Source: Catajapyx aquilonaris (lineage: Eukaryota). From it: 48,533 nucleotides of DNA. Location of the stretch: contig KZ538038.1 in the NCBI GenBank assembly GCA_000934665.2, forward strand, positions 124,001-172,533, read 5' to 3'. Numbering within the stretch: the stretch's first letter is position 1; every line of letters begins with the position of its first letter. The notes below the pieces were generated by a model. That model was not told the DNA's origin, ran no database searches, and saw nothing but the letters and a program-made list of their open reading frames with translations. This document shows, piece by piece, positions 1-11,305 of this stretch. The translations under genes and the position numbers were made by a program.

Positions 1-330
1 TCGCATGGATTGGTCGAGTTTACGGTTGGGGTTTTTCCCCCGGAAAAAGGAAAATCTTCCGCATGAATTTTGCAGCACGTGCAGCCCTGCAGCGCTCGAT
101 AAAAGGAGGGGGGGAAATACCTGTACCCACATCCAAATCATACGCAACGGTGGTACTGTATGAGAAGAGTTGCATGTATTTCGTCGCAAAAAAAAATCCG
201 CACATGACGAATGCAAAAAAGATGTGTCCATTCAATCCGAATTTTTTGAAATATTTTGGGAGAATCTGCCACACCCTGTAGGGTACAGTTATCTCACTTT
301 CTGGCCAAAAAGAGATGGGGGGGGGGGGGG

Positions 331-367
331 NNNNNNNNNNNNNNNNNNNNNNNNNNNNNNNNNNNNN
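331..367. other. Assembly gap (37 N) after a poly-G run
   Basis: N run follows G14; single Ns also lie in poly-C at 28511 and poly-G at 29755. Confidence 0.97.
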
Positions 368-3300
368 AAATCCAACCGTGAGTTCTATTCGGATTCACCC
401 CCCCCCCCCACTCTAATTATTATATGCCGGAGCCTGGTAGCTTTTGTCACAAGTGTCAATTAGAGCAGATAAAAATCGCCTATTTTAATCTCATTTCTGA
501 TCGATTAGAATCCCCAATCCGACGCTTTTGCGGTCCGTAGCCCCAACATATCTGACCGATAATAATTAGCGTCTAAAAATTGGCTTATAGACAATATGTT
601 CGTCATTTACGGTTAAATCGCCATTTGCACATACTGTACTGTAAGGAAAATGTTGCAGAACTTGGCCTGATGTTATGTGACAGCAGAATTTTAATATTAG
701 CTCCTATTGTGCTCGACGGCCTTTTTTTTGCATTTGAAGAACCACTCTGATCGAGTTTTGCTGAAATGTGTTCCGATGTATGCAGGTACCGGTACCGAGG
801 TTAAGGGCCTCTGGTGAAGGCAACGAGGCGGACATGTCAAGTGTGCGTATGGACGACGACAAGTTCCCTTTTGTCAGGAAAAGAGGTGCGGGGTCGATTT
901 CGCGAGTCGGAGTTGGCGAAAATCACTTTTAGGCAGGACCCTTGGGGACCTTGCCCAAAACTCACATTGTCAGTCAGCAGCTAACCAAAAGAATGAATAA
1001 TACAACTTGAATCTACAGGGTGCTCCAGTAAACACTATTTTCTCCACTGAGCGTCCATCGGTAAGAAAAATATTGGCTGACATTATGTTGAGTGTCTATA
1101 CATCGTACTACACACGAGAAACTCTGCGCCTCTCCGTTTATTATAAATGAAGACAAAGAAAAACGACATTCTGCATCCGGATGTAAAATTTGCAATCCTG
1201 AGAGCCCTGATAACAAATGGTCCATCTCCTGCAGCAGGAATTCCATAATAATTTCACTTTTGTGATTGTCACGGACAGATTTTCACTTCCAGAAGTTTCT
1301 TTTTTCTCTCTCATTGGTGTCTTTTTGCTGCGTACTCAAAAGGGCCCCTTAAAAGTTCTTCAGAAAAATAAACTTTTAGCCATTAAAAGTCTTGCAAATT
1401 TCGAAAGTACTGCAGCATATCACAAATAGAGTTGCAGAGTTGGAGGTATACTGTTAAGAAACTGTTCAGTCAAGTTGAATAACAATCGTCACTACAATGT
1501 ACGAAATCAATTATTTTTAAAAAAATAAACACACTTTCTGCAATTTACTTGTTAAGCTTCACCAAATCGCAGTATTCAACTCCGCGGCAAAGGATGTTGC
1601 AAAAATTCTCAAGGCATATTTCATTTTGCCACATCTTCTCTCCTCCCCAATATTTGCAGGTGCCAGCTCATATAATACGGGCCCCTCCTAAAGATATATT
1701 CGTTTTGACGTTAAGTCGCTTCCCGTCTGGAAAACGTCAGTCAGGATTACCCTAGTCAACGAGACAGACACGGACCGAGATAAATGCATTCCCTCATTTG
1801 CAATTTCCCCCAACAATCACCCGATCCTGGAGAACGGCTCCATTGTTGACGCCATTTCTGTCAATTCATTACCTTGCTCTGAAAGCCTTCACGTCAAAAC
1901 GAACAGGCTTTTAGAGTTAAGGCTGCGCATTACTACCACCGCTTTTTGTTGATTTTTTTTTTCCTCCTTCATTCCAGATGATATCGACCTCTTTGACATA
2001 AAATGGGTCTCAGTGTCGCATTCCAGTTACGTTTTTTTCAATCGTTAATGTTTAATTACTGGTCTCTCTTTTCCCTGAGCAATTTGCATATTTTTGAACA
2101 GGCACGCTTGCGTTTGGCTTAATTAGCAGGTGATGTGTGCCTGGCCGTTTCAGTTTGCGAAGTAAGCGTGTTCTAGTGTTTCATGAGGCGGTTAACTGCA
2201 GTCATTAAAGACGAAGGCGCCGGTTTTAAGTGTCTTTATCGCGGTTGTTGCTGGCCGAAGCTTCCGCAGTCTCCCCCCCAAAAAAGAGACGCCATAATCC
2301 GGTTGACCAGCACCCGGCAGTACTGCATCAGATTCCTCAACTAATTGGGCTACAGGGTGGTTGTTTTTTTTGCAACAATTGCATCAATTGCAACAATTTG
2401 CATTACCCTTGCTGTGTCAAAAATTTGCATTAACATTTCTAACAAAATTTCAAACGCAATTCAAAGTGTTATATAATATATTACAGCTGTAATTAGAACT
2501 TATGCGATACATCAACTCCATCAGGAACCCCCCTTCCAATGCAATATAATCAGAGACCCGATGCACTACAAAAAGGTACTTTAATGGACGCTTTGACGCT
2601 GAACATACTGTACGTATATGTGTAGTGGACGCACCTGATTTTAAAACACTGCCAGCGTTTAATATGATTTATTCATGCCGCGTTGTTATTGGTCGTAATT
2701 GCGGGTTTGTTCCTCCCCTGCGTATCACCATCCAATTACTGATAAATAGGTTGCACAATATAAAGTGCCCTCGCATCATGCTCATAAAAAATAGGATGTC
2801 GCGGAAATAGCTTCCACACAATATTATATTATCGGATCGGCATTACAGCACATACCATATCGATGACCAATACTGTATAGCGGACAGTCGTATCGCTTCA
2901 TCTCAACATAACGGCCTTGCTGTTGATCAAAATGTTATTGCTTGAATTTTTAATGAAAGGATTGTATATAGGGTGAGAATATAATCCCACACACTTTTAG
3001 ATGCCATTTTTGCTGAGCTGAATGCGTCGGATTAGTCAAAATGCTGTGATTTGCGAAAAATTGGGTTTTAATGCTTTTTGGGGGGCCTCATCTCACGTAT
3101 GGAAACAATTCCAGTTAAGGCGTAATTACACGAGTAGTCCATTAAAAATTTATGCTCACTTGGATTTATTTAAAAGGGCGAAAATTGGCTGCCCACACCC
3201 ACGCATTATATGCCATTAAAGAATTATTCATAAATGGATTTGAAAAAACCCGCTCTCCACATCATGCGACTTAATTACTGTAGCATTTATTTGAAGTCTG

Positions 3301-3793
3301 ATTTGCATAAAATGAGTAGGGTACGAAAAACAAACAACCTGCAAAAAAAGAAATATTGAATTATTTATAATTAGTTTATAAACGTGTAATTGCAAATTAA
3401 GTATTGCGCATCAGTTTTCATGACTAAATATTGACGCATGAGAGATTCGAAATTGTACTGATGATAAAAACATTCACTTCTCTATTCCAAATCATAATTA
3501 TTATACACGGTGAGTCAGAACTTCCGTCAGAGCACTGGTCGGTCCCTGACTAGTGTTAAATTCACCAGTGAAAAAATGTCCAACATGGACAAAACTGCAT
3601 AAATAAAATATAAGCAACTTTCCGACAAATCCAGTGTGGTGACTTAGAGCTAACCGCAGTTTCATGCGTCATTACAGAAGCACCTGTAGCTTCCCAACTG
3701 GACCAGAAGGATCGAGAGACAATGGCAGCGTATTCGAAGAGTTCTGTCCCGCACAGGAAAATGAACAAGCTGAGTACAAGGTGAGGCAAAGCA

Positions 3794-4083
3794 CTCTCTA
3801 AAAAAAATAGAGTTAAAAAAGCTCAAGTTGGGTTCTTTTTAACTCTTTTAACCTTGAAAGTGGTCATTACCAAAAATGAGTTATAATAACTCTTTCGCTG
3901 GAGTTCAAACAACTCTTTTAGTTCATTTCATCCTCCAAAAGAGTTATTCATTAACTCTTTCGGAGGATGAAATGAACTAAAAGAGTTGTTTGAACTCCAG
4001 CAAAGAGTTATTATAACTCATTTTTGGTAATGACCACTTTCAAGGTTTAAAAGAGTTAATTTAACTCTTCTTTTTTTAGAGAG
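3794..4083. mobile_element. 290-bp foldback MITE with 2-bp TSD (CA), CACTA/CMC-like non-autonomous element
   Basis: Termini CTCTCTAAAAAAA...TTTTTTTAGAGAG flanked by CA on both sides. Internal arms 3839-3946 and 3952-4059 are reverse complements with 3 differences. Repeated AAGAGTT/AACTCTT motifs. Confidence 0.85.
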
Positions 4084-4156
4084 CAGATGGTTTTATTTTT
4101 GTCTAGACAGAAAGCGACGCTGTGATGCACTTGTTCCAAATTCAAGGTCAGCCTGA

Positions 4157-4179
4157 TACTAACAATGCTATCCATTCAG
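4157..4179 (+). promoter_or_regulatory. Branch point and 3' splice site of a 5'UTR intron of the receptor gene
   Basis: Perfect TACTAAC at 4157-4163, then TCCATTCAG|G ending at 4179, 52 nt before the ATG. Confidence 0.6.
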
Positions 4180-4231
4180 GACACCCGACCCTTTGTTGAC
4201 GACCTCGGAGTGTTCGAGGGTTGTTCGATAA

Positions 4232-4843
4232 ATGGACGAGGTCGAGTTCGGCATCATGCAGGAGTCGACCGGTGAGACGGAGTGGGTGGAAGGTTGGACT
4301 CTTGGGAATGTGACTTACGACGACGACGACCACTTCGTCATCAACCCTTGGCTGGACGACAACCGGACGATCCTGGTCATCCAGAGGAAAGGTCCTCTGT
4401 CGCCGGACGACGAGGACGACAGTTCGGTGGTGTCCGGCGAGGAGATGTACCCGAGCAGCCTCGGGATCCTCCTGGCCGTACCGGAGTGGGAGGCTGCGCT
4501 GACCGCCGTGTCCTTGTCCCTGATCATCCTTCTGACCGTGGTGGGCAACGTCCTGGTCATCCTCTCGGTCTTCACCTACCGGCCATTGAGGATCGTGCCC
4601 AACTTCTTCCTGGTGTCCCTGGCCGTGGCGGACCTGACCGTGGCCATCCTGGTGCTGCCATTCAACGTCGCCTATTCTATCCTTGGTCGGTGGGTCTTCG
4701 GCATCGTGGTCTGCGAGATGTGGCTGACCTGCGACGTCCTCTGCTGCACCGCCTCCATACTCAACCTCTGCGCCATTGCCCTCGACCGGTACTGGGCCAT
4801 CACCGATCCAATCAACTACGCACAGAAGCGAACGCTCAAAAGA
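4232..4843 (+). CDS. Oct-TyrR: Oct-TyrR coding exon 1 (N-terminus, TM1-TM3, ICL2)
   Basis: ATG at 4232; donor AGA|GTAAGC at 4843/4844. Confidence 0.93.
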
Positions 4844-5912
4844 GTAAGCATTCGACACCTGCATTTTACGCCAGTATGATGCTGTGATGGCCATTGTTTC
4901 AGGTCCTGTGGATGATAGTGGTGGTGTGGGTGGCCAGCGGAATAATCAGCTCTCCTCCTCTGGTTGGCTGGAACGACTGGCCCGAGTTCTTCACGGACGA
5001 CACCCCGTGCATGCTGACTGAGGAGAGAGGCTACGTCCTGTACTCGGCCTTCGGGTCCTTCTACATCCCGCTGCTCATCATGACCATCGTGTACCTCAAG
5101 ATATTCCTGGCCACGCGCAGGAGGCTCAGGGAGAGAGCGAAGGCCTCCAAGCTCAACACGGTCAAGCAGTTCAGCACGGTCATGTCCAAGGACCACAACA
5201 GCAGCACCAAGGTTTGTCACTTCTAGGGTTGTCCGGAGTGGGTGCCTGCACGTTCCGTACTTCTTTCCAGGTGAAGGAGAAGGAAGAGCGAGACTCAACC
5301 AGCAGCGAAACCAACCCAAACGACGAGGATGGCGAGAAAGCCAAGTTGAAGAGCAAAGCTAAGAGAGCTCGGAAGAAGAAGCAGGATGCCCCACCATCGC
5401 ATGGTCAGGGCATCACCCAAGAGACTAGCCTGCAGCAGCCTCAGCCTCAGAAGCAGCAGTTCCTGCAGGCCGGACAGCAGCTGGACCCGAGCCACCTGCA
5501 GTCTTTCACCATCAGCGAGGACTCTGTGACCGACAACGATCGCAAAGAAGGGGGTGGGAGTGGTGGGAGTGGAAGTGGTGGGACAGTGCAAAACAACTGT
5601 GTGCAAAAGACAACGTCGACTCCTGTGAGCCAGTTCATCGAGGAGCGACAGAGGATCTCCTTGTCCAAAGAAAGGAAGGCCGCTCGCACCTTGGGGATCA
5701 TCATGGGTGTCTTCATGATGTGCTGGCTGCCCTTCTTCCTCATGTACGTCATCATACCTTTCTGCCCAAGGTGCCCCCTACCGAGTCGGAAGGTGGTCAA
5801 CTTCATCACCTGGCTCGGATACATCAACTCTGCCCTCAACCCAATCATCTACACCATATTCAACATGGACTTTAGGAGGGCCTTCAAGAGGCTCCTGCGG
5901 TTCAACCGGTAG
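4232..5912 (+). CDS. Oct-TyrR: Tyramine/octopamine receptor type 1 (class A aminergic GPCR), 520 aa; join(4232..4843,4903..5211,5271..5912)
   Basis: Seven hydrophobic segments with GN (TM1), LAVAD (TM2), amine-binding Asp in CDVLCC plus DRY (TM3), YSAFGSF (TM5), CWLPFF (TM6), NPIIY (TM7). LAVPEWEA..., [12 protein letters not shown] and [14 protein letters not shown] match arthropod TAR1/Oct-TyrR as I recall it. In-frame TAA directly before the ATG. Two GT-AG phase-0 introns join three ORFs. Confidence 0.93.
4903..5211 (+). CDS. Oct-TyrR: Oct-TyrR coding exon 2 (TM4-TM5, start of ICL3)
   Basis: Acceptor TTTCAG|GTC; donor AAG|GTTTGT; frame preserved. Confidence 0.92.
5271..5912 (+). CDS. Oct-TyrR: Oct-TyrR coding exon 3 (ICL3, TM6-TM7, C-terminus)
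   Basis: Acceptor TTCTTTCCAG|GTG; ends in TAG, followed by TAA. Confidence 0.92.
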   Translation: MKEKEERDSTSSETNPNDEDGEKAKLKSKAKRARKKKQDAPPSHGQGITQETSLQQPQPQKQQFLQAGQQLDPSHLQSFTISEDSVTDNDRKEGGGSGGSGSGGTVQNNCVQKTTSTPVSQFIEERQRISLSKERKAARTLGIIMGVFMMCWLPFFLMYVIIPFCPRCPLPSRKVVNFITWLGYINSALNPIIYTIFNMDFRRAFKRLLRFNR

Positions 5913-6049
5913 TAACGACGCAGCAGACACACGCAAGCTCAAAGAGTATTACTTGTTGTTGCCCAAACCAATTTGTGAGACACTGACATTCAGCAATACT
6001 GAATACACAACATTTCCCTGTAGCTTTCTCTCTAGATCTATTTAACATA

Positions 6050-6417
6050 CGGGGCGGCGAACTGCCAAAAGTTGGCACCTCCGACAGTGGGGCGGAGCCT
6101 AAACGTGATTGGGTCCACTTGCGCATGCGCACTCCAGCTGATGTCCCATATCAAGGTGTCCATATCTAAAAATTTAAGTAAATAACCTCCTTTAAAATCG
6201 CACATACATTTAATAGAAAAATAGTGCACAACACTAATTAAAATATATCGATAAAAATTAATATCATGTTTAATATATCGAAATATTGCACAGCCTGTCC
6301 CGCGAACACATCAGGATCTACCAGTGGGAATGCGCATGCGCATCTGGGGCACTAATTTGTCACGTTTAGCCCCGCCCACACTATCGGAAGAGTCTAATTG
6401 AGCAGTGCGCCACCCTG
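6050..6417. mobile_element. Tc1/mariner-type MITE with TA TSD, downstream of the receptor stop codon
   Basis: TA|CGGGGCGGCGAACTGC ... GCAGTGCGCCACCCTG|TA. Diverged inverted arms of ~100 bp, each with a GC box, TAAACGTGA and TGCGCATGCGCA, around an AT-rich core. Confidence 0.75.
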
Positions 6418-7066
6418 TATGTACAGGGTTGGTGTGATGAACTTCTCCCCCAATCACCGGCCATTGTATTTACAACAATAGATGGTAAGTACTGATCTTT
6501 TCACTCGGGTTGAGTGCGAATTGTGTAGTTATACTCTTTAACTGTTTCAAAGGCGGCAAAAAGTGTCGTGTAATTTAACCCCACTTCCCATTTCTTCCCA
6601 TCGCCTTTTTTTCCCATGGTTCCAGTTGCGGATTTTTGCGCGGCACAATAGCCAACGATGCCAAATTTTTTTGCAAGAATCGGCAACAAGAGTGGTTTTC
6701 AGCCGAAGAAAAAAAAATCAATGACACTTCCGTAAACTGTAGACATGTTATTTTTTAAGAAAAAAACAGAGAGATAATAAGAAACTGTTCCTCTGAGGAT
6801 GTTCGTGATACACTGTTACATTTATAATTTCCAATCATTCTGTTACGAGTTTCTCCTAAATGACCTGAGCCCTGTTTATGAGAAACTTGATAGAACCAAA
6901 CTGGTTTCTTTTTTTTTGTTATTGTTACCTGAGGTTACAGTCAGTGTCGACAGTAATATCGTAAGTTTTAAAAAAACACTGCAGCCTGTAGAAAGACTGT
7001 GGGCGAGCAAATACATAAATATATATATTTCAGAAAACAGTATATAAATAATAATAATAGGTCAGT

Positions 7067-7123
7067 AATAAAGTTGGCCATATGGAATTTCCTGTGCGTT
7101 ATTGCAAGAGGAGAGAGAATAAA
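7067..7123 (+). promoter_or_regulatory. Candidate polyadenylation signals of the receptor mRNA
   Basis: AATAAA at 7067-7072 and 7118-7123, followed by T-rich sequence. Confidence 0.35.
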
Positions 7124-10100
7124 ATTTTATTACACAACTTGTCAATATTTTCATTCCTATTGTTTAGCACCATCAGCATTGTCAGGTACTTTGTACAATC
7201 ATATTGGGAAAAGGCAATTAATATTTGTCACAACTTTTAATAATTCAGAGTGGGTATACCCTGCTTGAGAATGTCTTCAACTCGTTTTGTTCATATTGTT
7301 GAAAATGTTTACTTCCCTTTTGCAGAAAACTGATGTCGTTTATAAACAGCCTCAAGAGTGTAAGGAAATGCATACAGTGCTTTTCCATTATTGGTGTTGT
7401 TTTTCAATTCAGTTTACAAGCCCCCAGACTAAGCCTCTTCAGACGTAAAGTGCTCGGAAAACTCAAAATATAATGTTGCCCATAGGCTCTCAAACCTTTT
7501 ACTCGATAAGAGAGAAGCACTTGACAATGTACCATTTTCGTTCAAAACATGAACGGTTCGCTAAGAAAAATTACTAGCACTCTAAAATGTAACAATCAGT
7601 ATTCGTTCTTTTTTTGGCAGATGTGACTTTGCACTTTGGTCCGAAATTGGACTGTTTTGATTTTTTGTACAAACTGACGTCCATTAATGCAGATAGAGCT
7701 CCTCGAATTCAATTTCCTATTTTTTTCCACGTGAGTCTCCTTCAGTGATGTTAATACCTTTCAAAGTGCAATGCAAACTGAACGAATAGTTAAGCAGCCC
7801 TGTAATACTTGTACAAAAAAAAATTCAATATTGAACGTATGAAAAGATCGAGTACTTCTGTTCTCAATTCTCCGAAGTAGCAACGGAGAAGTTGATAGCT
7901 GAGGGCATTCCAAACTGTCTCTACTTTTTCTGCCACTTCTGTTTGCAAGAGACGACCCGCCTCCGTCTGCAAAATGCACATAGTTGCAAATATTGATCCC
8001 CACCAAACTTTCCCCTTTAAACGCACGTTTTAGAACCATTTCGCAATACGTTTCAGGTCCTGCTGGAGAGAGGTATTTGTCAACAAAAAAAATGTAGTCG
8101 TGTGTATAGGGGGGACGGAGGAGTGCTAAGTCTTGTTACTCTACCAAGCCGTATTCACCCTTTGACACGAGGCGAGGGAAGGTGCTCCCAAAAGCATCCC
8201 CAAAGGACCCGTAAAACGACGAACGGTGTCAGAAATACTACATCACAATATTTGCCAGACCCTTTTCCTATATACTGTATGGGTGTAAAGAGCAGTCTTT
8301 CGCCTTTTTCGCTTCACCTTTGACACCGGAAGAGTCAGCAATTTTTTTTACATACAGTACATCTGCAAGAAAATAGTAACGCAATTTCGCACATTCCATA
8401 TCCAAGCAAAAATTCGTTTCCTTTGCAAATAACAAAATTTCATTTTTTTTTTTTAGAAAATAAAAAAGCGAGAGGTAGGTAGGCAGTGAGCTCTATGCAT
8501 AATGCAATATTGGATTTGCCGTGTTGATCTCGACCAAATTACGGGAAATGGATTGTCAGGAACGGGACAAGTACAGCATTACATTGTGACACATGGGATG
8601 TAACCACTTCGCATGCAAATCTGCATTTTTCCCGGTAAGCCAATCACCGAGCCAGCTCAGTATCCAGTGCTTTGCTTGTTTCCAGCAACACGCCCCCACA
8701 AAAAAGTGAGCTGCCTCGTTTATTTTTATTTTTAAAAAACTATATAAAAAGCAAACACGATGGCCATTTGAGACACGGCATATGATGAGTGACTCTGATT
8801 GAAAAGCAAGTAGTGGAAGCGGGTATGGCGATTTGTAGCCCTGCATTAATTAGCCGGTTTTGCCCCCTCTCATTAGGTACGATCAAGTTTAATTGATAGC
8901 CTAATCAGCATTGTTCCGGACAGTCGGTCGCCAAGTGTAAACCACTATCGATTGTCACCACATGATTTGCTCGCCGTGGGATAAACGCAGAGTGTTGCAA
9001 TACCCAAGTATACACACACCATTAAGAGAGGAAAAAGTCGGTTGATTAACAGCAAATGAAGTCAGTAATCTCGGTGAAGTGCATCATTACAAAACACCCT
9101 GTACATGCTCCAGATAGAGTGGTTTGTATACACACAGTGCTTATTCAATCCGGAGGGAGTCTATTCTTCCGGTAGGTTTTTTTTTCTGGGAAAAAAGATT
9201 CGGGCTTTGGATTCCATCGTTCGGAAATTCCTCAGGGGAGGAGAAGAACTGGCAACTATTGTGGACACCACATAGCAGCCTTGGGGAGATATCGAAAAGT
9301 CCGCCTCACCCTTTTCCGAACCTGTCAAGATATTTCAAGCCCACATGCCAAACCTTGGATTGTCTTCAAGGGAATGGCGTTTTATCCACATTTTTGAGTC
9401 TGAATAGTGCTCAGGTTACAATGCTGCCACGAAAAATCCGGCTCTACAAAAATGTCACGCGTTGCTCTTCCCTGTGGAGTCAGCATCTATTTTCCAACCA
9501 TGGGAAGAATTAAAAAAATCTCTCTCAAGAATTCCCGTCCCCTCCCAAATACTGCAGCAATCTGCACAGAACGATCGGTCCTGTGCTTCGGGCTAGCAAA
9601 TAGAGAGACTTACAGGCTGAACCCTTCAGGCGCCAGACTTATCGACAACCCCATCTGAAGCCCGCGACTCCATATGTTACACGATCTCGTTTCTTGTACA
9701 GGGTGTTTCCGACTAGGACATCAAACTTGTTTTGGGCCCACAGAAGCATGGAAGGGCCCAAGTGGGTGCTTCTGCATTATTTGAGCATGACACTGCAGGG
9801 AGTAACAACAATTAGACTTTTTTTCTGTTTGTTTCCCCCAGCTAGTTTAACATGGTAGTGTCTATTCAGAGCCGGGTCTGGAGGTTTGGGGCATGGTATG
9901 ACGGTAATGCGTCCTGGAGGACACCTCTCTTTCCCGACGGTGCTGTAAAAGAGAACCGGGTGTGGTCCAAGCTTTGATCATGTAAGGAAGTGCGTGGTTT
10001 TGTCGGATGCTCAAGACCGAATTGCCTTCTCCGGAAATGGCCGACTCCGGGATTGCCACAGTTTCTCCAGCCCCGGAGTATCCTACGTGGCGGTTCCTCC

Positions 10101-10403
10101 GGGACGTATCCAAGTCAAAACCCGGAGTAAGATATTCCCGTCTGTCCCCAGAAGCACGACCGCCCTTTAAGACACGTTCATGTCCCAAAAGCTGGGTCCC
10201 TAGAGCCACCAGTGCTGTACCTGTCAGAAAGCAACGTGCTAGGCAAGGTTAATCACTTGCCTCTATCCCAAGGTAATCTCGCCTTAATATTTTACCTTCC
10301 CAAGCACTGCAGAGCAACAATTTAATTGTCAGTTAAAGTTAAAATTAAGCCCGAAACATTACAAGACGAATAAACTACTTAGGCTGTGAGTTTCTCATCC
10401 CAC

Positions 10404-10543
10404 CCACCAGAGGCGCTGCCTACAACCATTGCGCATGCGCTGAACGGGGGCCAATCGAAGCTTCGCGGTAACAATAGACAGGGGCCAATCAGAAGCGTGG
10501 CAGTAACAACAATATGCGGCGGACCAATCAGAATGCTTATATA
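10404..10543. promoter_or_regulatory. Promoter-like motif cluster (CTCF-like site, NRF1/Ewg palindrome, 3x CCAAT, TATATA); may be transposon subterminal repeats
   Basis: CCACCAGAGGCGC at 10404, TGCGCATGCGC at 10430, CCAATC at 10451/10485/10524 in a degenerate 34-39 nt repeat, TATATA at 10538. Confidence 0.4.
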
Positions 10544-11200
10544 CAAACAACGCAAGGATTTTAATATTATATATTAGCTTTTTGGGCCTGTGTATCCATT
10601 TTTGGGAGCCTATTTTGGCATTTTTGGGGGCCTACTGCGAGGCTTGGCAAGTGTACCGTTTACTAAGGCGGCACGACAGCATCTTGTCCAATAAGCTTCT
10701 CCGGCAGAGGTTGACACACCCGTACATATACAGCTCCGAGCCCTTGTGTAAATAGAAGGATCGCAAAATGAAGCGTCTCCATGGGCTCCGTAAATGCCCG
10801 TGTACTCAAGGATAGCGGATACACCTATTTCCCAGGAGAGCATAAAAAAACGGGTGTTGTGTTTAAAATTCCATTATGCAGGACGGCTTGCTCAATCTTT
10901 TTTTTTTTCCTAGGAATATTTCAGGACCGAATTTCTTGGAAATCCATTTAGGACACTCGATCCCTTCGCATCCGCAATGTAATTTGATCGTGACATTGAT
11001 GCCACCAGGATAATAATGTTATTGGTATAGCTACGAGCCATATCCAAAGACTCGATTTCTCAATTCCATTACGCGTAAAATGTAATTGCATTTAAGCATA
11101 ATAATATAGTTACAAGGCCAATCATCACAAATCGCGCAGAATTTAATGCTCGTACAATATTACTTAGCTGTTAAACTATTCCACACTTTGAAATAATAAT

Positions 11201-11305
11201 GGGTGGATTTTTTTTTCATCCCACTGCTAGTTACTGCTAACGTAGCAGTGCCAGTGTTGGCAAGTTAGCAGCAACTTAGTACCAGTGGGACAAAAATTCG
11301 ACCCC
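11201..11305. mobile_element. ~105-bp hairpin MITE with AAT TSD, PIF/Harbinger-like
   Basis: AAT|GGGTGGATTTT...TCCCACTG...TGCTAAC pairs with GTTAGCA...CAGTGGGA...AAAATTCGACCCC|AAT. Confidence 0.6.

Noticed and set aside
4148..4894. 248-aa antisense ORF and other overlapping ORFs (4282-4887, 4816-5319, 5295-5848) over the receptor
   Set aside because: Shadow ORFs expected from GC-rich codon usage in the real CDS; no recognisable domain
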